Origin: Sporopachydermia quercuum | Taxonomy: Eukaryota | Length of the DNA stretch: 64,000 nt | Assembly (NCBI GenBank): GCA_001599295.1 | Contig: BCGN01000007.1 | Location: forward strand, 136,433 to 200,432 | Reading direction: 5' to 3' | Shown here: positions 11,100 to 21,557 of the stretch, piece by piece | Layout: each line of letters opens with the position of its first letter | How positions within the stretch are numbered: the first letter of the stretch is position 1 | Translations under genes and position numbers: made by a program | The notes under the pieces: model-generated | What the model was told of the DNA's origin: nothing | Databases searched by the model: none | What the model saw: the letters and a program-made list of their open reading frames with translations, nothing else

Positions 11100-12815
11100 A
11101 TGAGTACGGCGAATGTAAAAACTGCTGGTGGTAACGCAGCATTTCATAACTTTGTTAATGACTTTGCTCATATCGATGACCCTCTGGAAAGAAGAAGATT
11201 AGCACTGGAAAAAATTGACAATGCCAAATTCTCTTGGTATCATGTCCGAGCCATTATGGTTGGTGGTGTTGGTTTCTTAACCGATTCCTANGATATCTTT
11301 GCTGTTAATATTGCGACAGTTATGATGGGTTATGTCTTCTGGGGTAGCTCTATTGGTGGTAATGGTGTTATTCCTTCTTCTTCCAACTCTTTGATCAAAG
11401 TCTCGACGTCTGTTGGTACTGTTATTGGTCAATTGGGATTTGGTTTCCTTGCTGACGTTGTCGGTAGAAAGAAAATCTATGGTACTGAATTAATGATCAT
11501 TATTGCTGCCACTATTGGTCAATCTATTATTGGTGAATCTCCTGCTGTCAATTTCGTTGGAGTGTTGACCTTCTGGCGTATTATTATGGGTTTGGGTATT
11601 GGNGGTGACTACCCTTTATCATCTATTATTACATCTGAATTTGCTACAACCAAATGGAGAGGTGCTATTATGGGTGCAGTTTTTGCTAACCAAGGTTGGG
11701 GTCAATTGTTAGCTTGTATCGTTGGTGTTATCTGCGTTGCCGGCTGGAAAGATGATTTAGTCCATGCTACTGATGCTTCAGAATGTACTGGTAATTGCTT
11801 GGTTGCAGTCGATCAAATGTGGCGTGTTCTAGTTGGTTTCGGTTGTGTTCCTGCTGTTATTGCTTTATACTTCAGAATGACCATTCCCGAAACTCCTAGA
11901 TACACTTTTGACGTTTCTCGTGATATCGAAAAAGCTGCTGCTGATGCNGACAAGTTTGTCTCTGGTGAACACGGAGAAGCTTCTAAGGAAATTGTTGATA
12001 TGATCAAAGAGCAAAAGACTGAAGATGAAGAGAATGAAGTCGACACTGAGAAAGTGTTACCTCCTGAGGCTTCTTTTGGTGATTTCAGAAGACATTTCGG
12101 CCAATGGAAACATTTTAAGATTCTTGTGGCTACTGCTGGTTCCTGGTTCTTACTTGATATTGCTTTCTACGGTCTTGGATTGAACAACTCTGTCATTCTA
12201 GAAACTATTGGCTATGCTTCAAAGAATAATGTCTACGATCACTTATATAACGTCTGCGTTGGTAATATCATTTTAGTATGTGCCGGATCAATTCCTGGTT
12301 ACTGGTTCTCTGTTTTCACTATTGATACTATTGGAAGAAAACCAATCCAAGTTGGTGGATTCATTATCTTGACTGTTTTATTCTGCATCATTGGTTTTGC
12401 TTATCATAANCTTAGTTCTCATGGGTTGCTTGCTTTATACGTTTTGGCTCAATTTTTTATGAATTTTGGTCCTAACGTTACTACATTCATTGTNCCCGGA
12501 GAGTGCTATCCTACAAGATATAGATCAACAGCTCATGGTATGTCAGCAGCTTCCGGTAAAGTTGGAGCTATTGTTGCTCAATCAGTTTTGGGTCCTTTGA
12601 TTAACCATGGATGTGCTGCAGATAAGCCCAACTGCTGGTTGAATCATGTTATGGAAATCTTTGCATTATTCATGTTCTTAGGTATTTTCACTTCGTTATT
12701 AATGCCTGAAACAAAGAGGGAAACTCTTGAAGATTTAGCAGAGAGATTGCATGGTGAAGTCAATGTTGTGAAGAAACGGCCTGAGGCTGAGATTGAGAAT
12801 GGCGAAAGCGTGTAA
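11100..12815 (+). CDS. PHO84: High-affinity phosphate:H+ symporter (MFS)
   Basis: 571 aa; AGGNAAFHNF...ERRRLALE N-terminus, GGDYPLSSIITSEFATTKWRGA, IPETPRYT, QFFMNFGPNVTTF and RSTAHGMSAASGKVGA. Confidence 0.95.
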   Translation: MSTANVKTAGGNAAFHNFVNDFAHIDDPLERRRLALEKIDNAKFSWYHVRAIMVGGVGFLTDSXDIFAVNIATVMMGYVFWGSSIGGNGVIPSSSNSLIKVSTSVGTVIGQLGFGFLADVVGRKKIYGTELMIIIAATIGQSIIGESPAVNFVGVLTFWRIIMGLGIXGDYPLSSIITSEFATTKWRGAIMGAVFANQGWGQLLACIVGVICVAGWKDDLVHATDASECTGNCLVAVDQMWRVLVGFGCVPAVIALYFRMTIPETPRYTFDVSRDIEKAAADXDKFVSGEHGEASKEIVDMIKEQKTEDEENEVDTEKVLPPEASFGDFRRHFGQWKHFKILVATAGSWFLLDIAFYGLGLNNSVILETIGYASKNNVYDHLYNVCVGNIILVCAGSIPGYWFSVFTIDTIGRKPIQVGGFIILTVLFCIIGFAYHXLSSHGLLALYVLAQFFMNFGPNVTTFIXPGECYPTRYRSTAHGMSAASGKVGAIVAQSVLGPLINHGCAADKPNCWLNHVMEIFALFMFLGIFTSLLMPETKRETLEDLAERLHGEVNVVKKRPEAEIENGESV

Positions 12816-13980
12816 GTGGTTTCATTAATAATTATAACAAGATAAGAAAGGAGATGAAACAAAGATAATTTATCAAACCTTTTGGGCATTTTTGAATATA
12901 GAAAGAAAGAAAAAGTTGAAAACAAGGGGTAATAGATGGATGTGAGTAGTTTATTTGCATGATTTTCTAAAGAATTTAATGATACAGAAGAATAGAAGTA
13001 TGTAACTAAGTACGGGTATAAACCATGGGAACATGGGTTAATATAATATAATGGATTCTATAAATTATGAAGCTGGATTGAATGTAGACTTATTGTAGGT
13101 GAAGAAAATAAATATATATATTTGTTTCTGTGTGTTGGTGTATGTATATGCGTATGTGAGAATGGGGGTTGTAGTAGATGAGACAGTTGTAATGCTGGTT
13201 GATCCATTAATTCTAGGGATTGGTCTTGCCATTCATCAGTAGGGCCGATTTGATGTATCTCACTTCTTACTAAACTTGCATTGTAATTGTAATAATAATA
13301 ATTCGCTATAAATGTCAGTTTGTGGAGTTAGCACCGACTGATGATATTAATAATAGGACAAAAGAGATTGCAGGCATGAATCTTTGGTGCATAACTCGTA
13401 GGAAATACAGTAGTGAGTGTGATAGCCGGTGGATTAATAAAAGCTTGTATTATACTATTATAAATGGAAACAATAGGACAATCTACAGGTCTTCGAATTA
13501 AATGAAATATGAAGTAGCAGATGACGGATGGCTCAGACTTGGGCTCATAACTGATTATAAGAATCAACTGACTTTGATAGCTCTTTATAATTATTTAACA
13601 TGTATTCTTTTCTAGTCTTCTCTGAGTTCTTCTCTCCATTATCAGTTGTTTCCTATGGTAATGCGTGCATTCCCTTAGAACTTCCCTTTCTGAGATGCTT
13701 AAGTATTTTAACGACCTTAGCCCGGATGATTGGAAGTGAAAAGAACAGAGAAAGAATTCAGGAACTATCATTATATTTTGTATATTAAGCACGCAATATC
13801 ATATTATATGATCGATACGTTATTGAATGATAATTCGAAAGACTCATCTGTACCAATTTATTATCTTAGTCAAGCTATCATGTTCTCATCTTCATTTCAA
13901 CTTTCAACTTCTATATTTAAGTCCTAATCATTCCAGCCGAATAAAACCCTAAACTTTTCTATTTCCTCATTATTCATTTC

Positions 13981-14379
13981 TCATTTGGCTTCTTCGTCTA
14001 ATTCCTTTGACCATTCAGTAAACGATCCTTTATAATTTCCTCTACGTCTATATCCAGCCTCACCAGCTTTCTCTTCAGATAGCGTTGATCTATTACCACG
14101 AACACAATAAAACAGTAATTCTGTTTCGAGCCGAGGTTTGGGGAAGTTGAAGTGCTGTTGAAAATCTTCTTCGCCTAGTTCCCAAGCATCTGGATTGCTT
14201 CTTATTGGTACCGATATAGAATTGGGGATGGATCCTAATTTCCTTTCTTCAGGCTCACGTGCATCTATTAGTAGGAATCCCTTTTCCTGTTGTTGTTNTA
14301 ATGTGTTTTCGCTCAAGGCTTTTATCTCTGCATAAGTATAGATTTTAGCAGGAGCAATTGTAGAATTTGGTACTGTCAT
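13981..14379 (-). CDS. Single-domain rhodanese / thiosulfate sulfurtransferase (Rdl1-like)
   Basis: First ATG at 14379 (MTVPNS...; the track start at 14409 is TTG). Motifs LIDAREPEE, GSIPNS, active-site loop FYCVRGNRS and NYKGSFTEW. Confidence 0.88.
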   Translation of the reverse strand: MTVPNSTIAPAKIYTYAEIKALSENTLXQQQEKGFLLIDAREPEERKLGSIPNSISVPIRSNPDAWELGEEDFQQHFNFPKPRLETELLFYCVRGNRSTLSEEKAGEAGYRRRGNYKGSFTEWSKELDEEAK

Positions 14380-15686
14380 TTTGCATGATCTTCGCCTTGA
14401 GAAAAACAAGAATCAATAGATATGTAGCCTGATTGGCAAGCTGGTAGAGCCTTTTGGAGGATAGGGGATTGACTAATGAATCAGCTACTTATACAGAGAT
14501 AAGTATTGAAATATATCTTCTGATAGTGAGAAAACGACAATCGAAGTGTCAATTAATGAATTTGGACAATTTCAGCAATTTGGCGATAAAAGTACGTTGA
14601 CTAATATATAAAGCAGATGAAAAAAGGAAATGGATAGCAAGCGAGCCTGAATATTGAACCGAAAGTGCAAAGATTAAAACATAAAATTGGTGAAATAAAT
14701 ATTATTTATCTCTGGTGATTNAAAAGCCATTAAGCCAAATTTTTACTTATGATGTACTAACAGCAAAGGAAAGAATATAATTATTGGTGTTTTGATAAGG
14801 ATTAAAGCTATAAGGGATAGAAAAGAATGGTCAAATATTCAGTCAAAATGGTGAATTATTCACTATAGATTAGGTTAACATTTAGGTTGATATGCATAAA
14901 CTGTGCATATATGTGCACGAGACATGCATAAATAAAACGTATATAAACCGAGACCAAAGGAGGTGAATGAACTGAATTCAGTATTTCAAGCCTCACGTAT
15001 TGAGAGTTGATAATAATAATTTTAGTTTTTGAAATGATAGTTTAGTAGGTATATATGTGATTCATTTGTTTGGTTGATTCCCAGTGTGAAACAATACTGT
15101 TTGCTATGTATTGAATATCCNCATTTAAGGTTAAACTTCGTATAATTCTTGCATAACAGATACAGTGCTGTTGTAACGTAAAAGACTTAGCTTTATTTAT
15201 AACAACCAGGTATTGATTTGTATAAGGATATACAAAAACCGTCAAATAAAACGTTTATTGAAAATTAGATAAACACACTTATAATTGTTTTCAGTACACG
15301 CTTTATTCTATTAATTCGTTTGAAGTCTTCCGTTAATGAGTTTGGCGAGATGAAGTAAAGATGAAGTTTAAGGTTCAGATAGTGTAGATAAACTCTAAAC
15401 CTTAAGTGGGGTTGTCAATGGTCCTAGAGTTACAATGTTTCATATCATCCTTTACCATATACTTCTCAAGGCAATACAAATAATAGCATTCAAATTGCAA
15501 ATAATCTTTTTCCCAAAACTAGCTTTCAAAATCAAAGTCTGTTACATGACACTGATTTATAACAAGTGTATACATCTAAGTTCAATATAAAGCGAGAACG
15601 TTAACTTTATTTAATCTAAATATAATACATGTAAATATCAACTATTAAATATCAAAAAAGGCTTTCACTATCAAGCATATATCTGA

Positions 15687-17165
15687 TCAAAGAAGCGTTC
15701 TTTTCTTATTGAAGTCGAAAAGAGAAGTAACAAAACTGACAACAAGGGGCCTTAAATATATTCCCGATTCACCATTCAATAATTGCCATTGAGACTTGAT
15801 TATCATTTGAGTAGGTCCCCCTGCATTACCTCCAGAAAGACTACCAGTACTACTAGAATTTGTTCTGGCTCTTTTTCTCTCAGGAGTTGAGTCATCATTT
15901 TGATTAGTTGTTGCATTTGAGCTTCTGCCAATTCGTAGTAACAAATCTTTCCAAGTGATGCTTTCATCATCTACTATGACTGTAGTATCTGTCATTCGTA
16001 CTGGGAGGATCACAGTCTTCTCACAAGACACATTATACCGTTTATAACCATCAGGGAAGAATACTTGATTTGATGCCACATTAAGAATTCGTAAAACTTC
16101 CAGCAGTTTTGCTTTTGTTTTACCATCAATTAATGCAAACGTATCTTCAGGTGACTCGGGAACTGATGCTATTTCCAGCCTTATATCTAATAATGACACC
16201 TGGAAATCAAGTATGCGATGAAAAGTATCAACATAAGGCCTTTTATATGATACAATATAACTGGAACCACCAGAGGGATTCGAACTATCGGGAGCTCTAG
16301 ATATTTCTTTTGGCCGCACGTCGGAGAGATCCAGAGCAATTTCCTCCTGGCCATCAAAAGGATTGATAATTATTTCATGCTTTATTAATCTTTGCTCCAA
16401 TCCAAGAAACCTGTAATAGCGGGCTTCCTTTATTAGCCGTTTTCTATGATCTTCACATTCAATTTGAACAGCTGTGCCTTGTAGATAAGAAAGTAAATCT
16501 CGGAATAAATCAGGACTTCTATTAGGAACAATTGGCGGAGAAATCGGAGGAGGTCTTATTAATGCTGGTACTTTGGCCATTATTTTGTAAGGATCGGCGA
16601 AGAAAACTTCATACGAAATTGTGAAAAAGTTTGGCGAATCTCCAGGTGATTTCATAATGTCTCTGGAAAACCTGAATAGCTGTGAACCAACTCTAGCAAA
16701 TATATCAGACGAAAGCATTTGAGCTTTAAGCCTTGGTAATGCAAAGTAATTAGAGTCATGAAACAAACAAACAAATTCCATTTCATCTTTAGGGCTTATG
16801 TGATATCCTTGTAGATGTTTTGCAATAAGCTCGAACACATCAGGACTTCTATCTATGAGTAGTTTTTTACTGGCATTTTCAGCTCTTTGGAAGAACTCTG
16901 TAAAGTAAGAAGGTCCATCTGAAGACAATGAGGCACCACTTAATTGAAATACCTTGTTTCCAACTTGAATTGTGTATAGTTGTTCATGTGGTAGAAGTTC
17001 TGGAATTCTAGGATCAAATTCCTCATCCAACGCAACAGTGCGCGCGCGCATGAGATGTGGTTTGATACTCGACTTACTAGATTTATCTTGTGATTGAACA
17101 CGAGATTGAGGTTGAGACTGATACTGGGATTGAGATTGAGATTGTGGTACTGATTGCGAAGACAT
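15687..17165 (-). CDS. Tandem BTB/POZ-domain protein (YDR132C/YLR108C-like)
   Basis: LLPHEQLYTIQVG..FQLSGASLSSDGPSYFT, IDRSP..F..I..HLQGY, second repeat with PGDSPNFF and EARYYRFLGLEQ. The start may lie at 17234 (see findings). Confidence 0.85.
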   Translation of the reverse strand: MSSQSVPQSQSQSQYQSQPQSRVQSQDKSSKSSIKPHLMRARTVALDEEFDPRIPELLPHEQLYTIQVGNKVFQLSGASLSSDGPSYFTEFFQRAENASKKLLIDRSPDVFELIAKHLQGYHISPKDEMEFVCLFHDSNYFALPRLKAQMLSSDIFARVGSQLFRFSRDIMKSPGDSPNFFTISYEVFFADPYKIMAKVPALIRPPPISPPIVPNRSPDLFRDLLSYLQGTAVQIECEDHRKRLIKEARYYRFLGLEQRLIKHEIIINPFDGQEEIALDLSDVRPKEISRAPDSSNPSGGSSYIVSYKRPYVDTFHRILDFQVSLLDIRLEIASVPESPEDTFALIDGKTKAKLLEVLRILNVASNQVFFPDGYKRYNVSCEKTVILPVRMTDTTVIVDDESITWKDLLLRIGRSSNATTNQNDDSTPERKRARTNSSSTGSLSGGNAGGPTQMIIKSQWQLLNGESGIYLRPLVVSFVTSLFDFNKKRTLL

Positions 17166-17841
17166 GTCATTAGTTCTCTGACCTATATCAGTGTTGGAGC
17201 CGCTAGAACTTTCAGAAAATGTCCGTGATTCCANGATTTAAAATTTGGTGCTCTTTNGGTAATTTGTGGAGAAAATGATTNAATGGCTCTGTCTGAATAT
17301 CAAAAGAATGAATGTAGGAGCACTAACAATAGCAATAGTAGTATATCAACCAGTGTTCAGTCAATCAAGAGAATCAACCTATTGTTCCTTATTTGCAAGG
17401 AAATCAATTGGAGTAGCAATCAAGTATAAAACATCCTTACTTAAATCAGAGATATTACGTTTTTCAGTTGGTAGCTGTCCAACATCCTGTAAATAAATGC
17501 AATGAAAATGATGAATATTATTGAATATTCCATCCCAATTGATGCATTTACTCATCATAGGTATGGAATGCGGTTGTGCTTCTCCTGGTATAGCATATAA
17601 TTAAAACCTATTATGGGACAGCGTGATCATATTGAAATGGTAACATGTTGTAATATATACCCCCTGTTATGAGACAGTAAGGTTTCGTTCGCACACTGTT
17701 GAGCACAAACCTATTATTGGACGATTTATCTATAAGTCAAATGTTGGGATTCAGCAATAGTCGCTGGGATGGTAGGACTAATTATGGGAGATGTGATCAA
17801 TAAATAGCTTAAAATGAAAAAATTACTGGAAAACAAATCAG

Positions 17842-18545
17842 TTAATGGTCGGGGTTTATTGAAACAAATTGAATTCCTTCTTTTTCACGCTCGTCTCGTT
17901 TTGCTTTCTCTGCTGTATTGTTAGTAGTATTCACTGAAAAGCTGTAGGTATCTTTCTACCATGCGTAATTAATAGAATATTCAAAAGTTTCAACTTACGT
18001 ATCTCTCTCATATAACCTTCTCTAGGAAGGTCAATTGGATTAAGAACTCTAGATGAAGTTCCATATCCATTAAAGCTACAGTAGTCTAGAGAATACATCT
18101 TCCTTAGACCTAGAATTACTTCTGCATCCTCTAATGCACCTGAATTGATCAAAGTCTCATTGTAATGCTTTCCTTCTTGTTTCAATGATAAAAATGAGAT
18201 CAGCTTTTCATTTGTCAGCCCAGAAATACGTTTCACAGTGTTTGTATAATCTGGAAGGGAAGGCGTTGGCACCGGCAACGTGAGGCTTTTGAATGTGATC
18301 TCTGGTTTTGATTCTACTGATGATGGGTCAATTGTTGAGGACGTCTTAGTATTATCACTACTTGTTTCTTGGTCCACCTTGATTTCACTGGAGATGAGGG
18401 TTTCAGTATTCACTTTTAAACCGTCAGCTGCTGAATTATTTTCTTTATCAACAGCTGCATTTTCAGTCTTGTTTATATGATCATTTTCCCTGTCTTTATC
18501 ACTATCGCTCTCACTGTTACTGTCATAACCAACTAGTCCACTCAT
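17842..18545 (-). CDS. HCNGP/SAP30BP-like protein; exon 1 18545-17999, exon 2 17909 (or 17912)-17842
   Basis: N-terminal GLVGYDS..SD, core FLSLKQEGKHYNETLINS...YGTS. A minus-strand intron (GTAAGT at 17998, TACTAAC at 17926-17920, CAGCAG acceptor) restores the charged tail YMREIQKAKRDEREKEGIQFVSINPDH*. Confidence 0.7.
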
Positions 18546-19195
18546 TCTCAGTATCAGTCACTTCTCAAAACTTCGTACTATAAAGGAAAAGAAGCATTTT
18601 ATGTTCAAAAATGAACTCTTCTCAGAAATCCCACTTTAAAATCAAAATTATCTATACAAATAAATAGAATGAGATAGAATTTTGGAAGCAATGATATCCT
18701 ATTCCTTTGCTATATTAAGTAGTTATGGTGATGTGACTACGGATGGAGTAAGAATTGGTCACATGATATACAATATACTAATTCAGGGAAGCTTGAGTTG
18801 AACATTAATGAATCGTTCTTAGAACTAATATATAGCGAAGAAAAGATCCACTAAAAAAGCCATTATATATACAAATCTACAAATAATAAATCTACAGATA
18901 ATAATTCTCAGTAATATATCAAATTGTATATTAGTTAGTTCGTAACAATATGTTGAAACAACAATGCAAGACATAGCGGAACAAGTGTGATGGGAAAGGG
19001 TATTGAATTTTGTGTATAATGGAATCATTAAACAGGAAAAGGATGTAGGAGAATGATGTGAATATATGAAATACAAGACGCAATAAAAAACATAAAAAGA
19101 AAGATGGAGATGAATATCATAAAATTTTTTCTTTCAGAAAGTGCAATTGAACAGGGGAAAAGAATAGTGAAGGTAATTGAATAGCCATCTTAATC

Positions 19196-20245
19196 TTAAC
19201 GCAAGAAATTCTGTATACCATCCATAGAGAAACTCTTAAGTTTCCGTTCTTTCAGTAACTTAATTTGTTTCGATGATAATGCATTTAAGCTTCTTGAATG
19301 GGGAATTGATTTAGTTCTGACTGATTGGTCAATGATTGCTGACTTGGTAGTAGTTGCACCAGACTTCAATTTATTCTGTAGATATTTTCTTGGTGGAGTA
19401 ACAAATGATGGTAAAGAAAACTCTTCATTAGAGTTCTTCACAGTTGAAATAATATTGTTGAAAATATTCAATCGGGAGTTGAAAGTGTTTTCTAGTTTCA
19501 TAAAGGTGTGTAGTTGAATTGGTTCTCTTATAGGAGCTGATGTGATGGTATTATTAGTGTTGTTTGTATTATTATTATGGGATGAATTATCAGGTATGGT
19601 AATAAATCCTTTATAATCTTCAATGCTAAGGTCAGTCAATGGCTGATGTAGGTGAGGTGTGGGCGATCCTGCTGATACTTTGATGACATCTCCAGTACCA
19701 GGTTCAATGTTCTCCTTGATATCAGTAGTATCTGTGTTTACAGGGGTGAATAATGTTTCATTTCCATTATCAGATGCAATTTTAAGAGTATCCTGAAACA
19801 CATTGAACTTCAATTTGGGTTTTGCTCTTTGGATTCTTGCTTTCCATTTAGATGATGACTTGTTACTATTAGAACTTACGAATGGCGATCCAATACTAGC
19901 AGTAAACATTGAATCTTCCGTATTTGCTTTAGGTGTACCAGGGGCCAAATCCTTATTAGAATCTGCTCTTTTCATTGAGAATTTGAGAAGTCTCGCTGGT
20001 GATGAAATCTTTCCCCCTTCAGGACNAGGAGAGTTATTAGCAGAGTTAGAATCCAAGTGCTGGAGTGGGATTCTTGAAGGAGAGTGACTAGGGGAAGATT
20101 TTGTAGGAGACTTGCCCGTTTTTCCGGGGGAATCCAGCATTACTTTCAGTTTCAGTGATTCATTTTTATTTAGTTTTTTCAGTGGTGATTGTTTCTTGGG
20201 CGATTGGCTTGAAGACCGTTTCATTGTTTGAGAACCTCGTTCCAT
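19196..20245 (-). CDS. ACM1: APC/C-Cdh1 pseudosubstrate inhibitor
   Basis: First ATG at 20245. Ordered motifs as in Acm1: FNVFQD (A-motif-like), KEN, PLTDLSIEDYKGFI, LPSFVTPPRK; many SP/TP CDK sites. Confidence 0.8.
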   Translation of the reverse strand: MERGSQTMKRSSSQSPKKQSPLKKLNKNESLKLKVMLDSPGKTGKSPTKSSPSHSPSRIPLQHLDSNSANNSPXPEGGKISSPARLLKFSMKRADSNKDLAPGTPKANTEDSMFTASIGSPFVSSNSNKSSSKWKARIQRAKPKLKFNVFQDTLKIASDNGNETLFTPVNTDTTDIKENIEPGTGDVIKVSAGSPTPHLHQPLTDLSIEDYKGFITIPDNSSHNNNTNNTNNTITSAPIREPIQLHTFMKLENTFNSRLNIFNNIISTVKNSNEEFSLPSFVTPPRKYLQNKLKSGATTTKSAIIDQSVRTKSIPHSRSLNALSSKQIKLLKERKLKSFSMDGIQNFLR

Positions 20246-21557
20246 TGTAACACTTGAATTGGAATCGCTAGATCTCTCAAAATACAATAAAATGTTCAGT
20301 TAATAGTTCTCAACGATAGTTTCTGATTTTCAATGACTCAAATGTTCTCGTTCTTGTTGATACTATGATTAGTGGTTCTATAGTCTTCAGTAGATCATAG
20401 AATCAAGCACAAGCAGTCTATCTATTATAGCGATCGGCTTGTGGTTTTTCTCTCGATTCTACAGTTGCAAATTTGGTTCAGATATCAATTCACTTTCTAA
20501 ATCAATTCTAACTATTTTCAACCACTTCCTTTTAGTTTGAATCGTTGCTGGTAAGGAAAAGTAGACATCTATTCATCTTTGTGTAGGAAAGAAATCTCCC
20601 TACTTTAAAAGCTATAGGAAAGGCCTCTCTCTATTACACTGCGCGTTGTGTACGTGACTGAATTAACGTTTACATGTAGAAGATCTATATTTTGAACTTT
20701 AATTAAACTCAAAGCTATTATTGAAATAAATATATCACGAATTACCCCCTTCATTCAAAGGAGGTACTACGCAAATAGACTAAGAATCTTCTTGAAAGAA
20801 GCAGAAAGCAAGGCGTTTGTTTCTTATTTGAGCTTGATAAGAAACAGTAGGCTATCTAAAACCCTTTTCGAGATTTTCAGCTAAGGTCAAATCACTGGTA
20901 TGCAATTTGGTAATTCCTAAGGATTCACTCAATTCTACTCTCTATCTCATGTGACCCTTCATTCTTGCCATATCAGAAAATTGACTTACTGAGTTGGAAT
21001 TTTGACCTTCGCGTCTCCTCCCACTTACTTAGCTGGCAAGAAGTGAAAATTTTCAAATAAAGTTTCGAGGTAGGAATAAATTCCATTAAGCGGATAAGAG
21101 AAAGCAATGAATAGAAAGAAGAGAATAGAACAATCAAAGGGCATTTATTTCGATATTAGCTATGGAAGTTTGTTGATAATTTTGTTTAGAAGCTTTCAGC
21201 AAAAAAGTCAGCAATCCAGATAAAGTCTCATCTATGTTGAATGCTACCTGTTTTGTTGATAAATATTGCAAATGTGACTGGCAAGAAGCTTGACTGTAAA
21301 TAGAAAATGGACAAACCAATGAACAGTTGAACTACTCATCTAGAATTTTAGGAATACAGCCAAATTTTAAAGAGTATATTAGTCAATAAGAATATTTCAG
21401 GATTTAACTGTTTCTATTCAAAAACAAAATACATTGTGCCAACTGGTTAAAATAACAAATACTCAGTAGTATTAAAACTATATACAATGTAAATCAGAAG
21501 ACCATTGTCAATACTAATATCCAAGTAATCTAATACCTAAAATAGTAAGAAACATGT

